Positions 12,281 through 25,199 of a DNA stretch of 64,000 bases are shown piece after piece. Each line of letters opens with the position of its first letter. Positions within the stretch are counted from its first letter, which is position 1. This DNA comes from Psammoneis japonica (lineage: Eukaryota): assembly GCA_008632985.1 (NCBI GenBank), contig QPGO01000097.1, positions 186,001-250,000 of the forward strand, in the 5' to 3' direction. The position numbers and the translations under genes were made by a program. The notes under the pieces are model-generated. The model was not told where the DNA came from. It worked only from the letters and a program-made list of their open reading frames with translations, and searched no databases.

Positions 12281-13481
12281 TTGTTTCAAAAATGATGCAA
12301 GAACTGGTTTGCAGGTGTGGTTGAAGTGGTGAAATCATCCTGTGGCAGGATTGTCCCAGAAGAAATTGCCAAGAAAGAAGATGGGTTTGACAAGAATGCT
12401 GACAATGACACCTGGAACAAAGAAAGAAACAAGTTGTCAATGGTGATGCCAGCAGAGAAGGCACCACAGATTGTTGGCATGTCTTGAAAGACCTGCATTG
12501 GCAGCTTACATTGGGGGTTGGCATTTGCCCCATTTCAGCCAAGGAGGCACTGCAGGTGTTGGGAAAACTTTGCAAGACCACCAACAAAAAGCCTGATGGC
12601 TCAAGTTTTGTGTGGAACAAGAAGCAGATTGGATGCTGAGGTTGGGCATGTGAGAAGAGATTGTCCCAACAATGATCATTCATCAGCAAAGTCAGATGCT
12701 GTGGTCCATGGGAGTCAGTGGAGAAGAGTCGATGTGGTGCTGGGTGGTGCACTGGATTCCAAGTGTGGCCCTCCTGTCCTTGATGCAAATGAGGCCAATC
12801 AGCTGATGGCCCATGTGAAGGAGTGTGCTGGAACATTGGGATTGAAGGCAGTTTTCATGGCACAGACAGACAAAGCTGCAAGATCAGATGCACTGATGAC
12901 TGTGGATGATCATGTGGCAAACTCATGATGTTTGAAACTCAGTTTGGGTTGTGGGACTTGTGCTCACTTTTTTAGCTTTTGCACCTGGTTGGTGCAGCAA
13001 TGGTGGTCAATGGCATCAGCAATGTGTTTGCAAGCAAGTTCAGAGTCAGCAAGACCAAATGTGTGCCAGTCAGTGAGCTGTGAAACTCACATGCATGATT
13101 TTTGTCAGAGAGCTCAAAAGGGCAAAAATGTGGCATTTGTGTCATTTTGTCCTGACCTGCTTCGACGTTTGGTGCCCAAGGGGCTCAAAAAGGCAGGTGG
13201 AACATTTGCACAATTTTGTCCTGGATGCCCACCCTGGTGCTCAGTGCTCAAGACAAGACAGCCCAAAGTGTTGTCACCTTGTGTTGGTGACAAGAACAGT
13301 TTTTGGAAAGCTCCCAAGGTGACAAATTTGATCACATGGGTGCCACCTTGGTGAGGATGCAAAGCCCTTGCAGCTTGGTCATGCACAGCCAAGAACACAG
13401 CACCCACCCAGAGCAAAACTGCACAGCAAATTCTTCTGAACACCAGCCACAGCACCCCCTCAATGCAAAACAAGGGGAAAA
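10334..13481 (+). repeat. Left arm (~3.15 kb) of a large inverted duplication
   Basis: Reverse-complement match to 15828-18977 at the ends and at several internal points; the ORF track shows near-identical peptides on opposite strands (e.g. MQKNARSIWQKIPEF, MKLSLGCGTCAHFF). Confidence 0.93.
12290..13090 (+). mobile_element. 3' part of gag-only LTR element: gag zinc-knuckle relic, PPT and 3' LTR
   Basis: VGHVRRDCP (~12640-12667), then GAAGGAGTG|TGCTGGAAC at 12826; mirrored at ~16230-17010 (-). Confidence 0.6.
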
Positions 13482-13959
13482 CAAACATTGCCATCATTTC
13501 TGCCACACATGATGTCTCCACTTCTGCTCTGGCCTTTGCTCTAGATGCCATTTGGCTCACCTTTGTGACAAAATGACAGAAGAACATTTTTTGCCTTGAG
13601 CAATCTGCTGCATTTTCTGCAACACACACTTGCAAGCCACCTCACTTTGTTTTGTCTTTTGTGCCACTTGACAAACCAAAAAGATTTTAGCAATGGGGCT
13701 GCAACAATGCCAAACAATGTTTTCAAGTGACTTGCCAGCTTGTGCATTTCTCAAGTCTTTGGATCTGTGCAATTTTTGCCATCTTGTCAACAAGCTGCAG
13801 GGTTTGGAATTTTGTGGCCCCTTCTGCTTGTTGTTTCCAGCCTGGATGCTCAGGCAGCTCAAGCAACTTGTGCGCCCTTGCCTTGCACCAACAACTGCAA
13901 AAGCCTTGCCAACTTGTCTCTGATGAGACATGCAAACTGACAAGATTGTGAAAAGTTTG

Positions 13960-15140
13960 ACATTGAGCATGTGGCTGCACCACCCCCCTGATTGTCCATC
14001 GGGAGACACTGCATTGGAGAAGGACAAGGTGGTCTGGGGCAAGAAAAGCAATCACTGCATTGAGCAGAGAGTGCAATCTGCAAGATGCAGAAGGCAAAGG
14101 TGTTTGACATGATCATGAGGCAATGTGCAAAGGCCACTTGTCACAAGCTTGAAAGAGTGGAGTTTGCAAAAATCACAAAGGAGCAGGATGTGATGGCGCT
14201 GTTGAGTGCTCCCAAGTTAATCTTCTTTGTTGATGCAAATGAGAAAATGAACCTGCATGATGTCCAGGTGGTCAAGGCTTGGAAGCAGTTGGCACTCATT
14301 TGTCAAGATGAAGGAGAGAAGTGCTTCAAGGCTGTTGCAGCTGCCAGCTCATGATTCATGAGTGTGGGTGAAGTGGCAAAATCGTCCTGTGGCAGGATCA
14401 TCCCAGAAGAAATTGCCAAGAAAGAAAATGGGTTCAGCAAGGATGATGCTGAGATGACACCTGGAGCAAAGAAAGGAACAAGTTGTCAGTGGCATTGCCA
14501 ATGGAAGGTGCCACAAAGGATCATTGGCTGCATGTTGTGGCTGAAAGACCTGCATTGGTGGCTCACATTGGGGGTTGACATGTGCCCCAGTTTGGCTGAG
14601 GAGGCATTGCATGTGTTGGACACTTGTCAGACCAACAAGAGTTCTGAGGGTGCAAGTTTTGCACAGAACAACAATGAGAAGGTTGTGTGCTGGAAGTGCT
14701 GCAAAGTTGGACACACAAGGAAGATTGTCCTGAGAGTGATCATTCCTTGGTCAAGTTGGATGATGTGGGCCATGGGAGTTGACAGAAAAGTCAACGTGGT
14801 GCTGTGTGGCATGGTTTTCAAGTGTCTTCCTCCTGTGCTTGATTTGCACAAGGTCATTTGATTGTTGACTTGTTTGGAGGAGTGTGTTGAAACATCAGGG
14901 TCAGAGGCAGTTTTTGTCACATGGATAGACAGAGTTGCAGCGCAAGATGCACAGACAATTGTGGACAACATGGCAAGTTTGCTCTCATGACATGGATTGA
15001 GTTGCAGGTCTTGTGCTCACTTTTCAGCTTCTGCTCATGGTTGATGTGGCAATGACAACCAGCAGCAACAGCCAATGTGTTTGCAAGCCACATGATGAGT
15101 TGAGAGATGGTGAGACCAAAGCAATGTGCAACAGTCAGCA
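13960..15140 (+). mobile_element. Degenerate gag-only LTR element: gag, zinc knuckle, PPT and 3' LTR
   Basis: KAKVFDMIMRQC...KLE...DVMALL (copia-type gag), CWKCCKVGH (~14690), then GGAGGAGTG|TGTTGAAAC at 14885. Confidence 0.65.
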
Positions 15141-15827
15141 AGTGGCAAAGCTCCAACAGCTCAACTCCTTTGGTCACAATGATTGCTTGGCATGCATCTG
15201 CTGATGTCCTTGTGAAAACACCCTGCTCTTCATCTGTCTGTGCTGCAATCTCTGACCAGCGCTCACAGGAAATGGAGAGAAAGAGATCTCATGCTGCAGT
15301 TGCAGAGATTTTGATGTGAGGCAAGAAGACCAAGGTTCTTCAAATTCAGCACACACAGAAGGAGGTTTGAGCTTTGAGCTGCAAAAAATCCTTGGAGCCA
15401 TGTGCCACCCAAGTGCAAGGGCCAATCTCCCAGAGCCATTCTTGACAAGGAAGCAACAAAGATGTTTTGTTGTTGGAAGCATTGTGCCCACTCATCCCCT
15501 CCTGGTGGAGAGAACTCAGAAGCTGCTCCCATGAGAGGGTTCTTCATTGTGTGGGTGCTGACCATCACAGCACCACACACAAGCAAATCCCAGAGTTGAA
15601 AGCAAAGCAAGCAAGGCAGAGCAGAGCAGATGAAGCAGGCATGGCACAACACAGCAGCAGAAACATTTTGTTGACATGTTGCACTTCTTGTCAGTCAAAA
15701 ATCAAAACATGAAAATTTTGACACTCTGGGCATGCAAAGACATGCAACAAAAGTGCAGCAGGTGCAACTTGCTTGCAGCACAGCAGGTGGCACCCTGCCC
15801 CATTCATTTGACAGAGAAGAGTGGCAC

Positions 15828-18800
15828 TTTTTCCCTTTTTCTGCATTGAGGGGGTGCTGTGGCTGTGTTGAAAAGAATTTGCTGTGCAGTTTTGCTCTGG
15901 GTGGGTGCTGTGTTCTTGGCTGTGCATGGCCAAGCTGCAAGGGCTTTACATTGTTGCCAAGGCAGTGCCCATGTGGTCAAATCTGTCACCTTGGGAGCTT
16001 TCCAAAAACTGTTCTTGTCACCAACACAAGGTGACAACACTTTGGGCTGTCTTGTCTTGAGCACTGAGCACCAGGGTGGGGCATCCAGGACAAAATTGTG
16101 CAGATGTTCCACATGCCTTTTTGAGCCCCTTGGGCACCAAGCATCAAAACAGGCCAGGACAAAATGATGCAAATGCCACATTTTTGTCCTTTTGAGCTCT
16201 CTGACAAAAATCATGCATGTGAGTTTCACAGCTCACTGACTGGCACACATTTGGTCTTGCTGACTCTGAACTTGCTTGCAAACACATTGCTGATGCCATT
16301 GACCACCATTGCTGCGCCAACCAGGTGCAGAAGCTAAAAAAGTGAGCACAAGTCCCACAACCCAAACTGAGTTTCAAACATCATGAGTTTGCCACATGAT
16401 CATCCACAGTCATCAGCACATCTGATCTTGCAGCTTTGTCTGTCTGTGCTGTGAAAACTGCCTCCAGCCCCAATGTTCCAGCACACTCCTTCACATGGGC
16501 CATCAGCTGATTGGCCTCATTTGCATCAAGGACAGGAGGGCCACACTTGGAATCCAGCATGCCACCCAGCACCACATCGACTCTTCTCCACCGACTCCCA
16601 TGGACCACAGCATCTGACTTTGCTGATGAATGATCATTGTTGGGACAATCTCTCCTCACATGCCCAACCTCAGCATCCAATCTGCTTCTTGTTCCACACA
16701 AAACTTGAGCCATCAGGCTTTTTGTTGGTCTTGCAAGTGTGCCCAACACCCGCAGTGCCTCCTTGGCTGAAATGGGGCAAATGCCAACCCCCAGTGCAAG
16801 TTGCCAATGCAGGTCTTTCAAGACATGCCAACATTCTGTGGTGCCTTCTCCACTGGCATCACCGTTGACAACACTTTCTTGTTTCTTTCTTTGTTCCAGG
16901 TGTCATTGTCAGCATTCTTGTCAAACCCATCTTCTTTCTTGGCAATTTCTTCTGGGACAATCCTGCCACAGGATGATTTCACCACTTCAGCCACACCTGC
17001 AAACCAATTCTTGCATCATTTTCGAAACCAAAAAAAAACCAATTTAAAGTGCTGTCACACCTTTGCCCTGCAACACCGGCACCACTTGATCCACACTTCC
17101 AGTGCACCCTGCCAGGGGTGTGGCAGAAGACAATGCAATTGGCTGGTTGCAGCACCTCCAGATGGAGACACCCAATGGAAATGGCTGGCAATTGTGTGTG
17201 TGCTGCAAAGCACCAAATGTTTTGCTTCCTCAAAACTTTCTTTGAGTCTGAGACAGACCATGGTGATCCAATTCTGTGTTCTGGTTGCAGAGAAAGTCTT
17301 GTGCTCCTCCAAGTTGTCCAACAGAACTCCGGGATCTTTTGCCAAATGCTCCTGGCGTTTTTTTGCATGTTGCTGTCAATTCAGCCTCTGCTTGATGCCT
17401 TTGAGAGGATTTCCTGGTGTCTGCATTGTGTCCATGAACCAACTGGTTGTGCTGACCTGCTTCCAGAGTTCCCACCATTGTGTGTGATCCGATCTGCACC
17501 GTCCAATCTGGGGGTTGCTTGTTCTCCTCTTGGTGCTGGTGGAGGATTCCTGAGCCATGCAAATGGCCTGATTGTGTGACATTGCAAAGAAAAAAACAAT
17601 GGCCATTGAATGCTTGGTGCCATCCAATGTCTGATTGGGCTTCCCAGAGAGCTCTGCATCTGCAATTGATGTCATCAGCATGCATCATTTTGTTTTTCAG
17701 CCAAGCCTCCAAGGAGGCCACAAGAAAATCTTGCAGTGGTGGCATGGTGTCAATCTGATCACAGTGAACCAGAGGCCTTGCAAGAATTTTCTTCTCCACT
17801 CTTTGTTGTCTGGGCATCCAAGGATGTGTGACCCCCATCCTCCACGGGGTTTTTGCAGGTCTGGCAGTGGTGTGGGCAGACTGGATTGCATTGGTTCATG
17901 ATTTCATTTGCAGGGAGAGAACGTTGTGGACCAGCTTGACTGTGTTGACATGTTGCTTGGAGTGTTGCTTGACAAGGACTGCATGAGATTTCCAATTTGT
18001 CAAGTCCGCTGCATCCGGTCTCCACTGGTTGCGCTCAGCTGTGCATTCCAGCAGCTGGGGGGGATGGCTGCATGACGAATCTGTGTCTTCCAGTTGGAGG
18101 TCACTGTGCCATCACCCACTGACAGATGTGAATGGCAATGAGGGAATGGCTGCACTTGAGATGCATCCCTTGGATCCATCGCTGCCAGCTGTGAGTGTTG
18201 AGGAAATAAAAAGTTGCACCAAGGCATCAGGAGACACCAGCAGCTCTACCTTCTCGAAACACTGCTGGTGGGAGGGATGGAGACAGTCACTGAAGGACTC
18301 CGGGGGAACAATTTCTGGTTGCAGAGACACTGAGGTGCGGGGCAGAGCAAAAACCCACCTGCCAATGCAGTCAAATCAACTGGGAAGGATTCCTTGGCTA
18401 GATCTGGAACTGTTTCCATCTCTGTCAGCATTGTTGCTTGAGTGCCTTTGACTGGAAAAATGTCAAACTTTGCATGATTCCGAGCATGCAAGTGTTCCTC
18501 AGAGGGAATGAAGCATGCAGACACACGCACCCTCATTGTAGAAGGAGGGACAAGCCAGTTCCCTGGTGGCTCTTTCAGGAGAAAGGAGTTTGGATGACAC
18601 AACAAGGCACAAAATTTCTGCCAGTGGTGCCAAGCTCTTGTTCCAGGCTTGTGTTGCTCAATGTTGTTCAAGGACAACACTGCTGCAACAAAAGGTTCTC
18701 CTTTTACTTTCACAATGTCCAAGGTGAGACCATCTGCCAAGGCAACGTCAGACACCAACAAAACCTGCAAGCATGATCAACAACAGTTGATCCAGCAAAT

Positions 18801-18977
18801 TTTTCTGTGCAAAAACGCCTGGGACTGCAGAACAATGTCCCACACAAAACTTGGGGTGCTGCAGCACAATCAGAATCCACACACATGCAGACAAAAATTT
18901 TACACATTTTGAGTGATTTGCATGGCACCTTTGCATCTTTTCCCAATTTCAGTGGCATCCTTGATGATTTCCCTTCT
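15828..18977 (-). repeat. Right arm of the large inverted duplication
   Basis: 18961-18977 TTGATGATTTCCCTTCT is the reverse complement of 10334-10350; 15828-15865 matches 13444-13481. Confidence 0.93.
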
Positions 18978-21900
18978 GTCCCTTTCCATCCTCTCCTAGA
19001 ACCGGCCAACAAAGCTCTGCATGCTTTGCGATGGACACACGTGGATGAAACCCATCAATTGGACATTTCAAACATTGGATTGTGCTCTTGCAAATTGGTG
19101 CTTGAAGAGCTGCAGCTGCATTGTGCTCCTCCTGCCACCCAGGAACACAGCAATTGCTGTGCTGACAACTGTCTTCAGATCTTTTGCAACTCCAATGAGT
19201 CCACCAGCAGCTTCATCAAGTGCTTTGAACGCAAGCTTTGCAGTTGCAAAAACACCTGTCTGCCAGTCAAAACTGACTCTGATGTCAGCCTTCATTTTCT
19301 CAGCCAAGTGGGTTGCCATGCACAGTGCAATGTGACAATCAAACAATTTGAGTCCAAATTTTGCACTGCCGCTCACCTCTCAACTTCTGTTGTTCCTCTG
19401 CTCAAGGATGTCAGGCAAACTTTCTGTGACATTGACGAGCAGCATCACAATCAACAACACCACGACTGTCAATCCGGTGGCACTTGCTCACTCTCGAACA
19501 ACGATCATGCTCACCTGGCCACTGCCAAGCACAGCCCACCGAATGGTCAACCAAGACAGCAAGGCCACCCACACAACTCTGGTGCACCCCAAATCTGCAG
19601 CCACTGTCACAAACGGAATCACAACACTGCTGAATGCCGTTCCCGTCTTCATGATGTGAAGAACAGCACCGCCAAACCCAATTTGACCACAAAGCCTGCT
19701 CGGGATTTGAGTGAGGTCATTTGCCATCACTGCAAGAAGGAGGGACACCTTTGACCTCAATGCCCTGAGCTCAAGAAAAGCAAAATCAAACCGCAGCACT
19801 TGTGCCACTGCCACTGGCATGCCAACCAAGACCTGCTGTAACGCTGTTGAACCAAAAAACACCAAAATTGTTTTCTGCATCACTTGTGCTGACCCAGAGG
19901 AAGCTCACTTCGTTGCTTCATCCTCTGTGGACTCTCTGCTGCTGCTTGCATTGTGCCCCCTGTTGAGCTGTGATGACTCCTTGTCCGAGTCATCCTTTGG
20001 CTCCAACCCATCTGATTGTTGCGTGTCACTCTCGACTCATGGATCAATGCCGACCCTTGCTCTGCAGGAGCTGCTGGCAGATTTAGGTGCGGAGTGCAAT
20101 GTTGACAACAACTTGTCCATTGACTCTGATGCCACCGGTCCGCCACCTCTCTTGCACACCACAATTGCAACTCCAGCACACAGACTCGTCCTTGGCCATG
20201 CCCATTTTGCATCATTCCAAGCCTGCCCCAGTCTCACCGCATGCACACGTTGATGCTGCGGCAATCAAACAGGGTGCCCTCATCCCGAAGACATTCGTTT
20301 TCCCTTTGCCCTCACATGAAGAACACCCATTTGGTGCACCTGTCATCTTGACAACTGTGGCGCCAATGTTCCAATCGGATGCGCACGATGCATGCATGCT
20401 TGCAGCACCTCTTGATGCTCTGCCATCAACAGTTTCAAATGATGACAACTCGTTGGTCATTTCAGCACTCAGCACTGACACCTTCAAGCAACCCTTGTCC
20501 TCTCCTTCCAATCAAGTCACCAACAATGTGCTTGATCAGGTTGCTCTCATGGCCAATGGCCCAATCATTGCCAACCTCAGCAACTCCCACGTGACATTGA
20601 TCTGTCAGACATTTGCAGCTGGTTTGTTGACTCTGGTGCCTCGTCTCACTTTGTTTGCCATGATTCACATGACAACCCCGTTGATTGTCATGTTCCTGTT
20701 GTGAATGCCGATGGCACTGCTGTTCATGCAACAAAAGTTGGTTCTGTTGCTTTGCATTTCCATGATGATCAAGGGCACCCAGTCAATCTTGTTCTTGACC
20801 ACATTCATCACACCCCTGGACTCAATCAGAACTTGTTTTTGGCACCTTCTTTCATGGCCAACGAACTTTTTCATGTCAGAAATACAACAAACATCACAAC
20901 ACTCGATTTTGTCAATGGACATGCCTTCAGTTTCCCAGTGCTTCATCACAAAGCTCCAGTCACAATGCAAGTGCCGATGCTGCTCCATTGGATGATTCAG
21001 ACAATTGGTTGATGTCCCCAACACCAGCCAACCCTGTGTCCACACCACAAAAGACCACCGCCATTGACCTTGATCTTGCAGGCCAATGTTTTGGAAGTCG
21101 TTCTTCCCAGAGTCTTTTGGCTGGCACAGTTGGTGAGGTCTGGTGTGACTGCCATGTTGCCCCTGGGACTGACAACTGTCTGGACAATGCACACATCGTG
21201 ACATCCAGAAAAATAAATCATGTTAAATGGGGCCCATCTGAACCAGAACATCCTTTTTCACATGTGTTTGTGGGTGTAATCCCCAACCCACACTCAGTGA
21301 CTCTCACCCCAAAAATGTCTTTTCCACACCACCTTTTCCTGGCTGCCCACAAGGGACACTGCTGTGGAGTTCATGGCATTGAGAGTCCCTCCTCTGGCAA
21401 CATTGTTGCAGCTGTCAAATCATGGGTGGCTGAGGTTCAGGCCACAGGACAGGTGAAAGATGTCAATCATGTCCAAGCTGACTCTGCACAACATTTTCTA
21501 TCCTCTGAATTTGTTGCTTTTGGCGACGCCAATGGCATCAGCCAAGGTCAAGATTGCTGCTCTACGACAGCAAGAGCAAAACGGAGTTTCTGAATGCATG
21601 TGGCAGAGGTTGTCAGCAATGTGATGTGCTGCCTCCTTGTCAATGCACGCCTCTTGGCCCATTTTTACCATCACACCTTTGTTTGCACAGTTGTGATCCA
21701 GAGTGCACTGCTGGCCAAAGGCAAGCACCTGCCTGATGGATCTCTTGCCACTCCACACTTTCATGCTTTCAACAAGCAACTCAAGATTGGCCATTTGAGC
21801 ATTTTTGGCTGCCCGGTCATTTTTGACAGATGCCAACCAGACAACCTGGAAACTTGCCACCCGCTCACCACTTCACAACAGCTTCAATGCCATTCTTGCA

Positions 21901-24240
21901 GCACCCACGTTGGTTTTGCACCTCACAATCCTGGACATCTCATCTGTGTGCCCAAGGGCATTGGAACGAACAATCTGATTGTTGCACATGATGTTGTCTT
22001 CAATGAACACTTTGAATCCTTGCTCGTGCATGACCACACTCCATTCTCCGGTGTGCCCCCAATCCAGAACATCTCCAATGATGCATCTGGCCTTGCCACT
22101 TGTGACGAGATGCCAGCAGACAAGCACACAGGTGCCATCCAAGATTTCCTTGATGTGGACTCACCTGCTTCCCCCCCCAACCTCATTGACACAACACTGG
22201 ACAGCAATGAGTCTGACTCGGCACCACCTCCACCTGAACCTGCTCCCACCAGCTTGCAATGCTCCACTCACTCCAACCTTGGACCTTGGCATGCAAAGGT
22301 CTGTGCACTTTGCCGACAAACGTGCCAAACTGCACACAGCATTGGCTCTCTCTTCCATTGACTTGCTCAAGCAGATTCTATTTGATGACTCACCTTCCAC
22401 AGAAGAATCCCACAGCACATCAGTTGCATCACCTTGGCTTGACTGCAATTGGCACAACTGTCCTGATCCTTTGCAGCAGGCTTTGGAAGCTGTCCAAGCC
22501 ACCACCAACCTCCCTGTTGATGACTGCTTGCCCACTTCTTGCACTTTTAGAGCCATCCTCAGACAACCACCCATGACGCCTGGCTTTGTGCTGTCCCCTC
22601 TGAGCTTGAAAACCTCATTGTGGACAATGAGACTTGTGCTCTTCACAAATGCCCATGTCACAATGATGAGATTTTTGGTGCCACCCTTGCTCTCTGTGCC
22701 AAACAGAAGCCAGATGGTTCCCTCAAGAAACTCAAGGCACGACACTGCACATGCAGCAACATGCAGTGCCAATCTGACAATGACAACAATTGCCCCCCCC
22801 CAATGCCTTGTCGCGAGCCATCAAGATGTTCTTGGCTTTTGCTGCACAAGCAAAATGACACATCAAGAATGGTGATTTTGCAAGTGCTCACCTTCAGGCT
22901 CCCGCTTGCAGCCATCTCTTTGTCCACTTCAATCCAATCCTGAAGCAATGTTTTCTGGAATGCACGGAACATTTTGGTGTTCCTTTCAGACTCAAGAAGG
23001 GCATGCATGGGACCATCTGGAGTGGCCTTTGGTGGTCAACCAAGCTCTCTGAATTTTTGATTGACCAAGGATGCACCAACTCAAAGGCTGATCCCACCTT
23101 CTTTGCCAAGCACTTTCCTGATGGATCCTGTCTCAACTTGATTTTCTGCACTGATGATGTGATCTATTTTGGATTGAACGATTGAGCTGAAAAGGATTTT
23201 GAGAAGCTCATCAAGTCCAAGTGCAACATTGCATTCACTGGTGACATTGCCTGGTTCCTGCAAATGCACACTCACAGATGTGAGGATGGATCTTTCTCCC
23301 TTGACCAACACCAATGCATTTGCAATCTGCTCAAGCAATTTCTGAGTCTGGACTCACCTTGGGGCAGCCCCAGCTTTCAGGACACTCCAGCTCCAGTTGA
23401 TTGCGTGCACTCCAAGAAGAACCAACCAAAAGACAAAGCTGATTCCAGTTCCATGGCAACTGAGTGTCCTGGTCTCCATTTCCAATCCACTGCCTGTTCC
23501 ATCTTGTGTCTTGCCCACAACATGCATGCTGACATTTTGTGGATCACCTGCAAGCTTGCAAAGGCTTGCACCAACCCTGGCACAAAGGATTTTGATGCTG
23601 TTGTTCACCTTTTTGGTTGTCTTCAAAAACATCAAGACCTTGCCATCAAGTTCTGTTTTGATCCCACCACAAGCCCTGTTCATGTGATTTGCGAGGCCCA
23701 CAACATCAGTCATTCTGAGTTTGTGCTTTTCACTGATGCCAGCTGGCAGGACTGTCCAGACACTGCAAAGTCAACCATTGGATTTATGACCTGCTTCAAT
23801 GGGGCAATTGTGGAAGCCAGTTCCACTGTCCCGACCCCTGTGGCAATGTCCACTGCAGAATCTGAGTGGATGGGTGCCCACACTGGTGCAATGGCTGTTG
23901 CTCACCTGTGCATGTTGGCCCATGACTTTGCCTGCCTTGGCACCCGCCACTGCTCCATCAATTCCCAGTGTCTCACTGCTGTCCCTGCCATCATCATGTT
24001 GGACAATCAGGCCACAGTCTGGAATGGCACAGAATGGCCAACAGACTCAACACACAAGACACATCGAGCAATGTTTCCAATGTGTCCATGAGGGTCAGCA
24101 ACAGGGTCATCACCTGCTTGTGTGGGTCCCCGCTGAAAGTCAATTGGCAGACTGCCTTACAAACACTCAGTGTGCTGAAAAAATTTGGGTCATGGTTGAT
24201 CATGTCCTGTGGTGCCTTCCCACTCACATGTTGTCATGAG
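18978..24240 (+). mobile_element. Degenerate Ty1/copia retrotransposon gag-pol (pseudogenised)
   Basis: Zinc knuckles CSHCHKRNH and CHHCKKEGH; protease WFVDSGASSH (20620-20649); integrase QADSA..FLSSEF and QEQNGVSE; RT KKLKAR, DFASAHLQA, LKKGMHG, CTDD; RNase H FTDASW, STAESE, DNQA, QLADCLT; order PR-INT-RT-RH. Confidence 0.92.
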
Positions 24241-24400
24241 TCTTTTCCCCGTTCCCTTTTTCCATCGGAACCTCATGACCGAACATCTTCTGCTCCGTTT
24301 TTGATTGAAATCAATCGCAGCTCCAATCTGTGTTGTCAACCTGTTGTGCAATCCATCCAATTTCAACATCACATTGACTCTGAGACTGGCTCAGAGTCTG

Positions 24401-25027
24401 TCACAACATCTCTCCTGTTTGTGCACGGACTTGATCACCCAAGTCACTCACAGGCAAAACCAGTTCTTTCCAGTTCTCCATCAACTGCTGTGCAGTGGGA
24501 TTGGCTGCAGACAAAGGGGCATCACCCCTCATTTGGAGGCCATGCTTCCTTGAAGGAAGGCAGAAAGGGAAGACTCTTGTCTGCATTGTGGAAGACAGGC
24601 AGCATTGATGGCTGGGCCTGCCTTGCAGAAAATCTGAATTGTCGACTTTGGTCATGGAAGTGTCCTCAGGAGGGTTGTGTGTGGAAGCACCAGCTGGAGT
24701 GGATGAAGCAGGCTTTTTACATTGAGGAGAGGTGGGGGCATCTGGAACTGAGGAAGCAAAGGTCTCTTGAATCATTGTCTGCAGCTGAGCAGCAAGAGCA
24801 GTTTGCAACCATGCAGCAAGATCATTTTTCAACTGGGTGGCACAAGTGGAGATGGGTTCTTGATGCTTCCGTTCGAGGGTGGCAAAATGCTTCCATTGAT
24901 CCTGTTGGTTTTTAAGAACAAGTTGTTGCAGTTCAGCAATTTCAATTGACTGATTTGACATTTCTGAGACAGGGACAGCACCAGGGATGACTGCTCTGGG
25001 TGTGTTCCTCAGAACTTGGGGGAACAA
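24401..25027 (-). mobile_element. Possible LINE ORF1-like coiled-coil fragment
   Basis: Tyr-free 208-aa ORF with a heptad-like stretch followed by a Pro/Ser-rich SPQCKK tail, inside the TE block; family assignment is a guess. Confidence 0.3.
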
Positions 25028-25199
25028 GTTGGAAAACTGCCATGTGCACCCACACTTTTGGAGCTAGATTGGCTTCTGATTCAGCAGATGCAGGAGCTGC
25101 AGAGCCGGTCAGGAAAATGTCAGAAATGTTTCAGACACCCAACTCTGAACACCAGTGGAAGAGATGGGTTGAACAGTGTTGGACATGTTGTTGCTGATT

